A stretch of 56,486 nt of DNA, counting the filler, from Jimgerdemannia flammicorona (lineage: Eukaryota): NCBI GenBank assembly GCA_003990765.1. It is 3 parts of 3 records of this genome, joined end to end, with 100 filler letters (N's around TTAATTAATTAA, not from the genome) between each part and the next. Parts side by side here need not be neighbours in the genome. Positions count along the whole stretch, not along the records: positions 18,869 to 37,635 come from RBNJ01002120.1; 2 more parts are not named here. The stretch is one strand, 5' to 3'. Position 1 is the first letter of the stretch; each line of letters begins with the position of its first letter. Under the pieces are notes generated by a model. It saw nothing but the letters and a program-made list of their open reading frames with translations, did no database searches and had not been told where the DNA came from. Made by a program: the position numbers and the translations under genes. Positions 24,077-36,680 of the stretch are shown one piece after another.

Positions 24077-27000
24077 TCAATAATCCATCCTAAATCTCTT
24101 CAACCCATAGGGATCCTCCTCCCCCCCTTCCCCCCACTCGAGTTCGTCCCTCCCCCTGACCTTCCCAACACCTTCCTTCTCTAGCTTCCTACACAGCCAC
24201 CTGACCAGTACAGGCACACTCTCGCACGTCCTAAGCACCTGGGTCATTTTGGCCTCGTCGAGCGCCAAGTCTGCCTCCCGCGGGCGCGGCGTGACGCGCA
24301 CCGAGGGCTGGACAGGTGCGTGCGCGGGCACCATGATCTCGAGGGAGACCAAGGCGAAGGGCCGTGACGGGTGCGAGAAAGTGACAAAGAGGGCTTGCGG
24401 CGGGTGCCGCGCCCTGATTTCGAGCTGGATCGTGCGGTGGACAGGAGAGGTGGTAGAGGAAGAGGCAGCGGCTGTAGTAGTGAAGGGAAATCAGTTGAGT
24501 CTGAATTGTATTTTCGTCAGAGGCTAGGTGTGGAAGCAAGAAGCTACCTACCGTCCAGAATATCATCTAGCGAGAGCGAGGTCGTCTGCACTTCTAACGA
24601 CGATGGCCGATACGTTTGCGCGTTGAAACAGCTCTGGAACAGCGCGTTGAAGATCAATTGCTGCCTCAGACACTAATACCATGATGAAAATAAAGGCCGA
24701 ATCAGCCACACGCCATACAATTAATAAATTGATGCAAACAGCAACATACAACGAATATTCTGCCTTCCCATTCCTCCACCACACTCACCTGCATCACCGC
24801 AAACAGTTGCATTGGGTGTGCGAACGGGATCCGCTCGATGACCTTGGCCCTCGTATTCGTGTCGCCAACGAAAGCGTACTTTTGTGTGACGGGCGTGTCA
24901 GCAAAGGTCTGCAGTCCGTCCCATTGCTCCGTTAGCTGGAATCGGTATGCATACCATACGTAGCATGCAAATACAGTGCTCACTCACCGCCTCCCACTGC
25001 ACGGTTTGCTTCAATAAAAACGAAAGCCGTCGTTGCGATTCATCTGCTGACGAGGCTGCCGGGACGGCGTCGGCGATCTGGGGGTGTCGTAGGGAGGATG
25101 CGGGTCAACCGCTCGGGGTGTTATCATTTATATTAACCCAAACTAAGGCAAAATAATCTCAAAAGCCTTGACTCACCAACAGCTCTTCCAAAGATAAGCT
25201 CGTCCCGCTCACTGCAGCTCCATCCCTCTCCGCCTGCATAACTATTCTCAATTGACGCAACGCCACCCAAAGTAATATATATATTTATCAGCACACAACA
25301 CTGGCAAATTTCCACACCGCCCCCAGCAAAACACTCACCCTCTCCCAAGCCCACACCCACGCCACCGATCCCGACCGCCTGAGCGATAGCCTTCGCGATG
25401 CCCTCGGTGACCGCGACGGGAGGCTCCACCCAAGCGACGAACCGCAGCATGGCCGAGGCGGACGAGGTAACTAGTGGCTGGACGAAGCGGCATGGGGTGG
25501 TGAAGTGCGGATAGGTCAGCTCTGTGATGATGGCGAGGTGGGCGCTGGATGATGGGACATGGACGGGAGTGGGTAATTGGATGAGCACGCGCACCCCCAT
25601 TCGAAAAAAAATCTGACAAAGATCTATATTCATCATAACGCTCCAAAGCAATCCGATACCAACCCATCCTCCCCCGCCTGTACCGACTCCTCGCCTTCGT
25701 CATCCCCAAGCAGGTATTGGGCCCTTGCCGGTGGCAGGAACGCGGTGGGGGTGCGCGACTCCTCGAATTGGATCCACAACCTCGCGAGCTGATCGAGGTT
25801 CTTACACGGTTCACCTGTAATAAAGCACACGCGCTCGGTAAGCCTGGATGTCGGTCCGATCCCTCTCCCACCTTCTTGTACCCATAAAACCTCGCCTACC
25901 TCGCTCCAAGAATCCCCTCAGCTCCTCCCAGTCCATGTCAGCGATCACGGCGCGCGGGGCCCAGTATGCCAGTGACAGGCCCGGGTGGACGCCGTGCAGG
26001 AGCGGAACGCCGTGGCCGCAGGCAAGGACCATGGGGAAGTCGTCCATGCAAACGAGCCTTTCGGTCGGGAGATGTAGAGATACTGGATTACATAATATTC
26101 TTATCGAGAGAATAAAGCAGCGTCGTCTGAAGTTGGAGAATGGGATGCAAAGCATACATCTCTTGCTGCCATATAGAGCGAATATCGGCCGCCAAGTTCC
26201 TTATCACCACAAAGAAGTCAATGGTGGGATAAAGTCCGTTGAAACGGTCGCAATGCGCCAGGATGCCTAGGTCGCGGCGGAAGGAGGGTGCGTCGTGGGA
26301 TCTGGTGGAACAGATCATTCACAGCAGATGTTGTGTTGGACTCCCGATGTCACGTATTTTAACGATGGACGACACGCCGGCGTACCTTAGATTCTCAGCC
26401 AAGATCAGGTCGACCTAGAGGGCAGACATAAAGCGATCAGCAGACGCGCCATCACCGAGCTATGCAACACCCAGCATCTATGGACGGCGCGAACGGAACC
26501 ACGTAATCCTAACACCCACTCTATCATCTTGATGCATTCCAGACGCGTACGTCACATTAACCTTGCGTACGGCGCCCGTGCTCTCAATTTCGATCTTGCC
26601 GTAGGGAGAGAAGAGGGATAAGGGAGGGTTGTAGCGGGAGGTTCGGGTATTATAACCGAATCTACCATTTGCAAAAACTTCAATCCCAACTCCAAACGTT
26701 TACTCACATCGACGGCAATGACAATACCCTCAACGATGATGGACGTGACGGCGGAGCCGGACTTGTTGCCGGTGTCGGTGTAGGTCTTTAGGCTGCATGC
26801 GCATACGAATTTGGCTTAGGGGATCTTGAGGTGCGCTTCGCTACACATCAAGAAACGCAAAACGGGAAGAGAGAAAGATGACGCACCCGAGCTCCTTGGT
26901 GATGGCCTCGACTTTTTTAACGATCCGCTGCGTTTTCTGCTCCGCGTCGTGCGTGGTCGCGTCGTCAATTAGGCCATGACATGTACGGAGGCTACGCTTG

Positions 27001-27519
27001 GCGTTTTGGACGGCGCTTTCGAGCCCGGATTGTTCCTGGATTACGTAGGTCAGTGTAGAAAGGGGAGAAACGTAAGCGCGTACGCTCAAGATTATCAAAA
27101 CGTTGGGTATTTGGCAGCCACGCCATGCTCACCTTTATTAAGATTCCGTACTTGCGGAAATTAACCTCAGCCGCATTCTCCGGCACGACCTCGGTCTCGA
27201 ACTGCGCGCACACGGCCCGCACCGCCACGATCGCGCGCTCAAATTTCAGCCGCGCTTTGTCAATGTTGACTCTACCCAGAGCGTGGAGTGCTAACATGCG
27301 AGCATTGGGAAGACCGAAACATTAAACACCCATCTGTGCAAGGCCGCAAAAACCACGTGCGAGAAACATACTGTCGGCCTTGGGCGCCGCCTCAGGCACC
27401 TGCGGAGGCACGGCAAGACCAGTGGTGTGCAGAAGGATGCCCCACTGATCACATGTAGTTTTTAAAACGTCACGGAGCTCACGTATAGAGGAGTGGATGG
27501 TGGGTTGCGAGTCTGGCAT
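24077..27519 (-). CDS. MED1: Mediator complex subunit 1 (multi-exon)
   Basis: IERIPFAHPMQLFAVMQ|xLRQQLIFNALFQSCF, TFSHPSRPFALVSLEI and KMTQVLRTCESVPVLVRWL parallel the Med1 F.HP...LRQQ..FN.L..SC, F.HP and KV..C.SIPV motifs. N-terminal exons include GIVIAVD|IEIESTGAVRKVNVTYA. Confidence 0.78.
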
Positions 27520-27842
27520 GGTTGTATCTGGATAGGCAGCGAGGGAGCAAGGGGGTGTTGATTCTTGTTTGTGGGTTTAAATCACGTGATGTGTGACTTG
27601 TTTCTCGTCCTCGCCAGCCACTCGTACGAATAAACGAAATCTTTTGTTTTTTTTTTTTTGAAGCGCTTCCTACCACAAACACAGCGTGAAATAAATTTTC
27701 CTTGTACATCGTCTATTGCCCGTCCGTTCTCCAACTCCCACAAATTCACGGAACTCTCGCTTTCCGGACAACCCACCATTATCTATTGTTCATTCGTTTC
27801 CCTGATCCCCTGATCCTAACTCTCGCACGTAACCCTACCGAA

Positions 27843-29090
27843 TCACAACTCGCTCAGCATGTCCTTGACTGCCTTATAATAGTCGGGACTCACGTACTCC
27901 TTCAACTCCTGCTTGGTGACCCACGCGTAGTCCACCACCTCGTCGTTGTCAGGCCGCACCTGGCCGGCGAAGATGTGTGCCTTCATAAAGAAGACCTAAG
28001 AATTCCACAGATCACGTGAGCAAAGACGAAGAAGCAATAGCAGGAAATGCACAAACAAGCCGAAATTCTCACCCTCGCCCCCTTGGCCTTCGGGTCCTTA
28101 GCGACGTAGTCGTCGGGAAATATGTATTTGTAATGACCGATGGGCGTCCGACCGACGAACCAAACGTCCATATCCGGGCCACACTCCTCCAAAAGTTCGC
28201 GTCGCGCGGCCTTGTCGATGAAGGGGGTGCGGAAAAATGAGATCAATGGCCATTTTTTGCTTGAATGGGCGCACTCGAAGTAGATAAACCACCCCTAATG
28301 ATACTTCTCCGCCAAACCGCCCATTCCAACAAATAACGAGCAAAAGAGAGATAACAGCAAATACCTGATGCAACAGCTCCCCAGTTCCCACCCCTCCCTG
28401 TGGAAACTGCCATGCGTGCTGCTCCCTCGGCTTCTTCACGACCAGATACAACGATCTCTGCAACGCGCGATCAAGGCTCTTCATATCTCCCACACGATCC
28501 GCCTCCGTGATGCGATCTGCGTACTCAATCTTAGTCTCCTGCTGCTGCACGCGCTCCTCGTCGGTTTGTGCAAGCTCGGCAGCCTCCCTCACGGCGTCTT
28601 GTATCGACAGCGGTGACCGCATGGCCTGGTTGCGAGCGGCCTCCTCCTCCTTCCATCGGCGCTCCGCGACGGAGCCCTTCTTAAAATAGAAGCCGACGGG
28701 GAAGGGAAGGGCAGCAGCGCGAGCGAGTTTCTCCTGGTAGGCGAAGTAGGCGCGCTCGAAGGGGGTCGGATCGCGGATGATCTGTGGGTCGCGAATGAGG
28801 ACGACACCAGCAACGATGCGATAGCCTTTGGCGATGAGGGGCACCCGCAACGGTGCAACGGTGGTGGAGGGGGGGGTGGAAAGGGGGGTGGTCGGTGGCG
28901 CGGAGGCGGTGTACTTGCGAAGGGGTCGCGCTGCCGAAGCTGGGTTGTGGAGAGGGGAGGATCAGCCGCCGATGAAGGGGTTTGGCCGTGAATCAAGGCA
29001 AGCCCGGGTGCAGGTAGGCAACAGCATACCTTGTGCCGCGTTGGATAATAGACGAGCGGACGCGGTTGCAAAGTGCGGTCGCGGATACAT
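27843..29090 (-). CDS. MRPL17: Mitochondrial large ribosomal subunit protein mL46 (Nudix-like; yeast MRPL17, human MRPL46)
   Basis: FYFKKGSVAERRW, RITEADRVGDMKSLDRALQRSLYLVVK, WQFPQG, AARRELLEECGPDMDVWFVGRTPIG, VFFMKAHIFAGQ...YAWVTKQELKEY. Presequence-like first exon MYPRPHFATASARLLSNAAQ. Confidence 0.92.
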
Positions 29091-29237
29091 TATGGTCTTC
29101 GGGGACGCCCGTCGACTTGCAGCTTGGATCTGTTTACTGATCCCAAAATCGAGGTTTCACGTTTCACGTGACTGGGAAAAGCCACGATGCGTGGCTGAGG
29201 TCAGAGGTCAGAAGTCTGGAAATGACAATTTGGCAAC

Positions 29238-29320
29238 CCATCAACCCAACCCATCAACCATCAACTCATCAACCATCAACTCATCAACCACCAACCCATC
29301 AACTATCAACCCATCAGCCA
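29238..29320 (+). repeat. CCATCAAC-type degenerate short tandem repeat upstream of GNA1
   Basis: Repeated (C/T)CATCAAC units. Confidence 0.75.
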
Positions 29321-29360
29321 TAAAATCGCCTTCTACCCTCTCAAAATTAAACACTCAACC

Positions 29361-30497
29361 ATGCCCGCCTCCCACTCCGAGCTGCTCTTTTCCTACGACC
29401 TCATCTCCCCCGAGGTCCAGGCTGCCCTCCCCCAAGGCTACCACCTGCGTGCCCTCGCTCATGGCGACTACGAGCGCGGCTTCCTCAAGACCCTAGCCGT
29501 CCTAACCGAAGTCGGAAACCACTCCAAGGCCGACTGGATGGGTAGGTATCCTATCAGGCTACGTCTGGACAGATTCACACGCCCTTATGCAGGCTCTATT
29601 TCATGTTCGGCTCTCACTGAACCTTTACCTACCCGCAACTTTCGCAGAGCGCTTCGACTACCTCAAGAAGCATAATCACGAATGTATGTACGCTGCGGCT
29701 ATTCGCGTTTGTTCTTCTCACAACCTTCTTCTGCCACTGCCTCCATCTCACCGCCCTACCCACACAGACTTCACCATCGTCATCGTCGACCCTCAAGATC
29801 GCGTCGTTGCCGCTGGCACCATCTTCGTTGAGCGCAAGTTCGTCCATCTCAACGGCCTTGTACGTCGGCTGTTCCGCCTTCTTTTTATATATTTTTTTAT
29901 TCTTCCTTATTATCTGTTCGATAAACGTGAGATTGCATTATTCCCTCGGCACGCGCTGCTAGCAATTCTCACTTATTCGCTCCGCGCCCGAAATTCCCAG
30001 GTCGGCCACATCGAGGATATCGCCGTTGACGGTAACCAGCAGGGCAAGAAATTTGGCCTGCGCATCATCCAAGCGCTCAAGTTTATCGGTGCCAAGACCG
30101 GATGCTATAAGGGTGCGTGCCATAGATTCTGTGGGCCTTGAATTGGGATGCGCTGTCCTTTTTTTCGAGATCACGGATCGGTATTTCCTAACTTATGCAT
30201 TGTTTGCCATGTCGATCCTATAGTCATCCTCGACTGCTCGCAGAAAGTATGTTCTATCATTCCTTTGCTTTGCCCCCCCCCCAAAAAAATAAAAAAAAAT
30301 AAAATTCGCACGCTTTGTCTCCTCCTTGCGTTCTGTATACGTATACCTCCTACCCGCGCCTAATCCACTCAACCTCCATCATCATCCCACCCTTCTCGCC
30401 GCAGAACATTCCCTTCTATGAGAAGTGCGGCTTCACTCACAAAGAGTATGAGATGGCCTGGTACGTCCCCAAAGACGCCATCAAGGCTAAGCTGTGA
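29361..30497 (+). CDS. GNA1: Glucosamine-6-phosphate N-acetyltransferase (multi-exon)
   Basis: DYERGFLKTLAVLTEVG, GTIFVERKFVH, GHIEDIAVDGNQQGKKFGLRII, GCYK|VILDCS, NIPFYEKCGF. Confidence 0.95.
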
Positions 30498-31067
30498 GCG
30501 ACTCCACTACCGTCGACTAATACCACCAGGTGTCGGACTCCGGGGGGCCTCGGTGCGAGGGGGTCGCCTTGTGTTTAGGATGTATATAGAATGGATGGTA
30601 ACGAGTAGGTGGTTCCGAATAAATGGAAATTACGATTTTGAATTCGAAATCCGTTGCAACTCGTGTATCCGTGTTGGTTGAGATAAGGACGCCCAACATT
30701 TCTGATCTCAATAACATGTCAAACGTCGGAGTCACTAACATCGCTTAGCTCGATATTTTCATTCGATTCCACCGGGTCCTTCCGATCGAGATCCTCACGC
30801 ACGTCTGACGCGGCAGCACCAGTATCCATCGGTTGCTTTCACGGTGTGCTTTTGGACTATCTCCGCGATGTTGCCTGATATCTGTCCAAGTTTGCTGGAA
30901 GTTTGAAAGTGTCGTAATCAAACCAGTTCCAACCTTTCTTTCCTTCCACGAAGTTCAAGATGCGCTTCCCGATTGGCGTTGTTCTCGGCAGACGTGTGTG
31001 GTGGTTACAAAACGAGAAGGTGTAATACTGCGTCCCTTGATTTCATCAAGTCCCCGAAACAAGAACC

Positions 31068-33867
31068 ATGAACGCCAGCGACCCATACTCGATCCACATC
31101 ACGCGCGAGATTGACCCCCTCCCACGCATCCCGCTCCTACCAACCGACAGCGTCACACTGGGCAGCCTCTTGGGCCAAGGCGGCTTCGGACGCGTGTACC
31201 GCGGCACGCTGCGTGGAATGACCGTAGCAGTGAAGCTCATGTCCGCCCCGCGGCTGTCCACCGAGGTGGAACGTGTGGTGCAGAACGAGCTCGGGCTGCT
31301 GGTCCGGCTTCGACACTGCAACTTTGTTGTACAGGTTCTCGGGTACTACCGCACCGATGACAGCACTGTCGCCATCGTGCTCTCGTCGCGGAGAGGGGCG
31401 ATGTAAGGGAGTTCCTAGGCGCGGGGGGCCTGAGGGGGGATTGGTCCACCAAGGTGACGAATGGTCGACATTATTGATTTATGAGCGTGTAACGCCGGCT
31501 CGGGTGGTTGCGAAGAACTATAGCTGACGGTGTCTTTGGACGGGGCGACTGTTTTCTGACAACATAGGCACGGATCTGTGGAGATATTGCCAAGGCGGTG
31601 GAATTTGTTCATGCCGAAGGAATTATTCATGGTGATTTGAAGGCGACGAACATCTTGCTGGATCGCTTCCTCACACCGAAGGTAGGTTGTCCGTCCGCTT
31701 GTTTTCTGTGATTGATAGGACAAGCGGCATCGATAACAATGAGACTTTTTATTGCCAGATTACCGATTTTGGGATCAGCAGAGCCTTCACCACCCTCATC
31801 GGAGGTTCATAACCCAGCTTCACCCTCCGATACGTTGCGCCAGAGCGCTTACGGCATCCCGACAAGCGATTCACCCACCAGGAGTCCGTCTTGAGTGACA
31901 TCTATGGGTATGGCTTGATTGTGTGGGAGGTCGCGACTGACGGAATGCAACCATACGCGGGAATGAACGACATGACGCTCAATATCGCCAAGATCAGCGA
32001 CGAGATCAGCGACGACAACCAGCTCCAATATGTTGGTGACCTCCCCGACGACACGCCCCAGGTCTTCCGCGACATTGTGTGCCAGTGCCTGTCGGTGGAT
32101 CCAACTCTCCGCCCATCCCTCGCATCCGTCCAGAATACCCTCGACGCGTACATGGCCACCGCGCCGGCCCCACGGGCGCTCTATGAAGTCGACTCCATGG
32201 GACTGGCGCCAGCGGCGGCCGCAAGTGATTCTGGGTGGCTCCCGACAAGTCCAACGGTGCCGAGTGCGGACATCGGCGTCAATGAACTCAGCACGCTGTC
32301 CAGGCAACAGAGGGAGGCCTTTGGGGTCGCCATGTACTATTACCAGGAAGGCAAGCTGGTTCAAGCCATGGAGTACTTCCAGGTACCCGAGTTGCGAGAC
32401 CACTCGATTACTCTACGAATGCTGGGTCACTGCCACATCGCTGCTGGGAATGATCCCGTGGAGGCGTTCCAGTGCTTCAAAAGATCGAGCGAGGGGGGCG
32501 ACGCCAAAGGGCAACTTGCGCTCGCCTGGTGCTTTGACAACCGATACGGGACCTGGAAGGATCTTGCGTCAGCATTCGAGTGGTATGTCTCGAGGCAGCG
32601 GCCGAGCTTCGGAAACCGAGGTGGTTGGAGCATCTATTGGAGACCTTTGGCGACCAGAGTGCAGGCAATTCCGCTTTGGACTGGCTTTCCAAGGTCTTCA
32701 TGCCGAATGAGTCGGAGGTTCTCGCAAAAACGCTCCTGGAATCCGTCAGGTCGGGAAATATTCGTGCTCGGAGGCTTTTCGCGTTACTATACTACTCTGG
32801 AAAACTTGATGGGATTCACGAAGGCCTCGAGATTCACACAAATGATAAGCTCTTCTTAGGGCTCGTCGAATACAGTATCGTTGGGAACAAGGAGGCACAA
32901 TCCGAAGTCCACCGCCTCATTAAAGCCTCTCCACCCGATGTCGCCGCTCACCTCCCTGAAGCCTTCCAACTACTTCTAGAGGCAGCAACGGCATGATCAG
33001 CTTTTTGCCAGTGTCAAATTGGCCGGTGCTATTATTTTGGCGCTGGCGTCGATCAAGACGACAAGAGATCCTTTAGCTGGTGTAATTTTGTTGCGCAATT
33101 CAACTTATCTTGCCTGCACACGGGTGGCAGGGGTACTGACAAGAATCTGAAGGAGGCCTTCTATTGGTGCGAGAAGGCCGCCGAAGCTGGGTCTTTACTG
33201 GCGCAAATGGGGCTCAGTTGGATGTACATGAATGGTGCGGGCATTGAGAAGGACCCTGATGCGGCATTCCAGTGGTTTTCGAGGGCAGCACAAGCTGGGA
33301 ACGCTAACGCCCAGAACTCGCTCGGTTACTGCTATTTTGCCGGGGTCGAGGTTGACCAGGACTATGGAATGGCAGCGAGGTGGTACCTTCGGGCTGCAGA
33401 GGCCGGGAGCTTGCAAGGAATGAAAAACATTGGCGTCTGCTACATTTCTGGCAGGGGCGCCAAGGCGGACGTCGCGGCGGCTTTCAGGTGGTTCTCCAAG
33501 GCCGCCAGCGCGGGGTACAGCGACACCCAGTGTAATCTCGCATTTTGCTATATTACTAAGCGGGACGTGGACACCGGAATTTGGTGGCTTCGGAAGTACG
33601 CCATGGGGCCCTGAGGCCGCCCTAGAGGTATTTAAGAACGCCGATAACGATGGATTTGTCAACAAAGGTCACTTGATGGAAGCATATTTACTGTTAGAAA
33701 AAGTGATAAAGGAAGGTGGAGTTGCCGCGGGATGGAATCCGCCAAAGGTGCAGCCAAAAGTGCCGCCAAATGAGATGACAAAGGAGATAACAAAGGAGCT
33801 GTCTCAGACCACCGACCTCAGCGTCAAGACTCGGCAGAACTGGTTCTCGAAACTCGTGCGGAAGTGA
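31068..33867 (+). pseudogene. TKL-type protein kinase with C-terminal Sel1-like repeats, disrupted
   Basis: LGQGGFGRVY, VAVK, HGDLKATNILL, ITDFG, YVAPE, SDIYGYG; Sel1 units AFQWFSRAAQAGNANAQNSLGYCY and ARWYLRAAEAG. Frameshifts near 31385 and 32590, in-frame stops near 32995 and 33613. Confidence 0.85.
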
Positions 33868-34974
33868 CGCCCGTGTCCTTTTGGCTCACGCGACAGGCGC
33901 AATATTCGTGGCAGTGATGTGTTGGCGAACGCGGCGAGATATTGGACGTTGGGCTTTGAGGTGCTGTTCTGGCTAGCCCCGTTGTTATCCAGTGGATATT
34001 GCTGGTATGCAATGTGGATACAATGCGACCCGCACTAACGAGGGAGATTGCGGGTCATATTTTGGGCTGTATTCAACACCATTACGGTGATTGTGGTTGG
34101 GAGTGGATAATTGGTCAAAGCTGTCCCGATAAATATCAAGGGTTGGGCATTTTGATATTTGTTCAATTATAGACAATAAACCCATTATATGGCGCGATGT
34201 GGAGGTGCGGATTGATGATTGCCGGATTCGTCGGCCAACAACTATTCATATCTATGCCATTCTTTTGGGGCATTACCGTGATCGACAACTAGTTTTGAAT
34301 ATGGTTCTCGTGATAAACGATCTTTTTCTAGTATGGTCAACTATCATGAGGACGGGGTGACGTCAGTGCGTTGGTGGGCAAGATCAAGATAAATGACAGA
34401 TCAAGATAACGTTCTCACCTCAATCCCAAATCGGATCGGCTCACCTCCGAAAAAGTTGAATCGAAGTGGCTTAGCATAAGTATACTGACGCAGCTCATTT
34501 GGTTTTCGCAACTATACCTTTGCAAACGTCTAGTCCCTATTTCAGACTCTGTGTCTGCTGTTTTGCGCATCCTGAGCCACGTTCTTTCCTTTTCGCGTTC
34601 TCGCTTTACTTTTCGCATCCTTGCCTTATTTCGTGTTCTCTCACCTTACTTTTCCTTACTTTTCATGTTCTCACCTTGCATTTCGCATTCTTGTGTTCCT
34701 GCCTTACATTTCACATTTCCACATTCTCTTAAACACCCGACTTTTACTTTCGAGGGTGAGTAGCTCCCTAATGCAGAATTCGTATCTGTTGTTTTGTTTA
34801 ATTGTGACCTGAGCCATGCATTCCCATCTGTATTTCTCGCATTCTTGTCTTATATTTCCGTATTCTTGCCTTACATTTTAGGCACGTGAACAAACCTTCC
34901 TCGAAGTAAAACTCTTACTTTGCTTTTGCATTTCGCATCTTCGTGTTCCATCTGTATAGACCAAGGAAGTATTA

Positions 34975-35320
34975 CCAGGTTTGTAGCGCCATCGGTATGA
35001 TAATCGTTTGGTTGCCACCGGTGATGGACTGGTAACCTTCTTTCCTTAAATGTGGATCAGAATTACTTGTCTATGGCATCTTGCCTTTCCTTCAATGTGG
35101 ATTGGGGTGCTCTTAGTATCTTGCCTTTCCTTTATATTTGCCGAGTTTGTAGCGCCATCGGTGTGGCATCGTATTATGATTGCTACCGGTAACGGACTTG
35201 TAACTTTCCTTTAATGTGGATTGGGGTTACTTGTCTATGGTATCTTGCCTTTCCTTCAATGTGGATTGGGATACTTGTCTAGTATCCTGTCTTTCCTTAA
35301 ATGTAGATTGGGGGTACTTG
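34975..35320. repeat. Degenerate local tandem duplications
   Basis: GTTTGTAGCGCCATCGGT occurs twice; TCTTGCCTTTCCTTCAATGTGGATTGGG-like units occur several times. Confidence 0.7.
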
Positions 35321-35366
35321 TCCTACTTACGTATAATGGATTTTTATTTCCTTTATACATACAGAT

Positions 35367-35747
35367 ATGTCATCCAAATATAAACCGTTTATTCTCTGTG
35401 GGAATCCTCGTTATTCAGTATATATTGCTGGAGATCTATCCAATACTACTCACAACGACATCGAGGCATGGCTCCGAACAAAAATTTCGTTGAGTTTTTT
35501 TTTACACATATTGAAGTTTTCCAATAACTCGTAAGTATTGGTAATAGGTTGTCTATGCCAATATATAGTCATGTTCAATTTTCTTACGATCTTGATATTT
35601 TATAGCTACGGCCACGCCCATTTCAATACTGAAGAAAAGGCCGGACCCTTCTACCCCAGTATGGGTGATAGGGCCTTCCAAGGGCCGAATGGAGGAGTTG
35701 TATATTTCAACTCATCAACAGCTTTGGGCGTCACTACACAATACAGG

Positions 35748-35824
<77 letters not shown>

Positions 35825-36680
35825 ATATCTTTTACTTAAATTAACATTTTCTTTTCACATCTTCTTTAACACTTTTTATTTCCTTTGGTCTCCAGCTACC
35901 TCAAGTAGATCACACAACCTAAGGGGCAGACGCCCAACAAGCAAAAGTAGGTCGCGCAGAGATGGAAGCAGGTCACAGCCCAACAGACAGAACCAGGTCG
36001 CGCAGCCTAACAGGCAGAAGCAGGTCACATAGCCCAACAGGCAGAACCAGGTCGCGCAGCCCAACATGCAGAAGTAAATCACGCACAACAGGCAGAAGCA
36101 GGTCATGCAGTCCAACAGGTGGATCCGACATCTGTCAGGCGCAAGAAAGAGTACTTGCCTGAAAATCGAGATGGCTGTACAATTTTTGAAACTGGGTTTG
36201 TATAGAGTTTGTGTAAATGATTGTGCATATTATCTTTGCTGCGTGCGTATATTAAATAACACATTTTTATTCTTTTACCATAGTGATACATTCACTATTG
36301 TGGTGTCTACCCCGGGTGTAACTCAGAAGGATCATGTCGAGATTGCCGTTGATGGCAACGATGACAACCTTATCATCTCTGGCGACGTGACGGGTATATT
36401 CCAGAATATCTCTGGCACAGTGGTTATGAACAATATGCCAGATAAGGTTGAAAATCATGTGTCACTTCCGACGAGGTAAGTAAAATAAAATTACGTAAAA
36501 TATTACGAAGTATTGGTTCACAAATGTTTCCAAGTTTTTTTATTTTTATTTTATTTTTTTATATACTTTAGGATAGATTCAGAAGGCTCTATTCAGACTG
36601 AAGTCGCAAACGGTCTAACGAAGATCACTGTCAACAAGATCAAGATGCGTCCTCAGAAAATTTTAAAACAGAAGTGCTAA
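35367..36680 (+). pseudogene. RRM + HSP20/alpha-crystallin fusion gene, copy B (two in-frame TAA and a 2-bp deletion in the repeat linker)
   Basis: YSVYIAGD...WLRT...HILKFSNNS|YGHAHFNTEEKA..FY...GPNGGVVYFNSS and IFETG|DTFTIVVSTPGVTQKDHVEIAVDG...LIISG...HVSLPTR|IDSEGSIQTEVANGLTKITVNK. Intron positions match copy A. Confidence 0.7.

Noticed and set aside
35538..35825. ORF ending in poly-Phe
   Set aside because: Read-through of an RRM exon into an intronic poly(T) tract.
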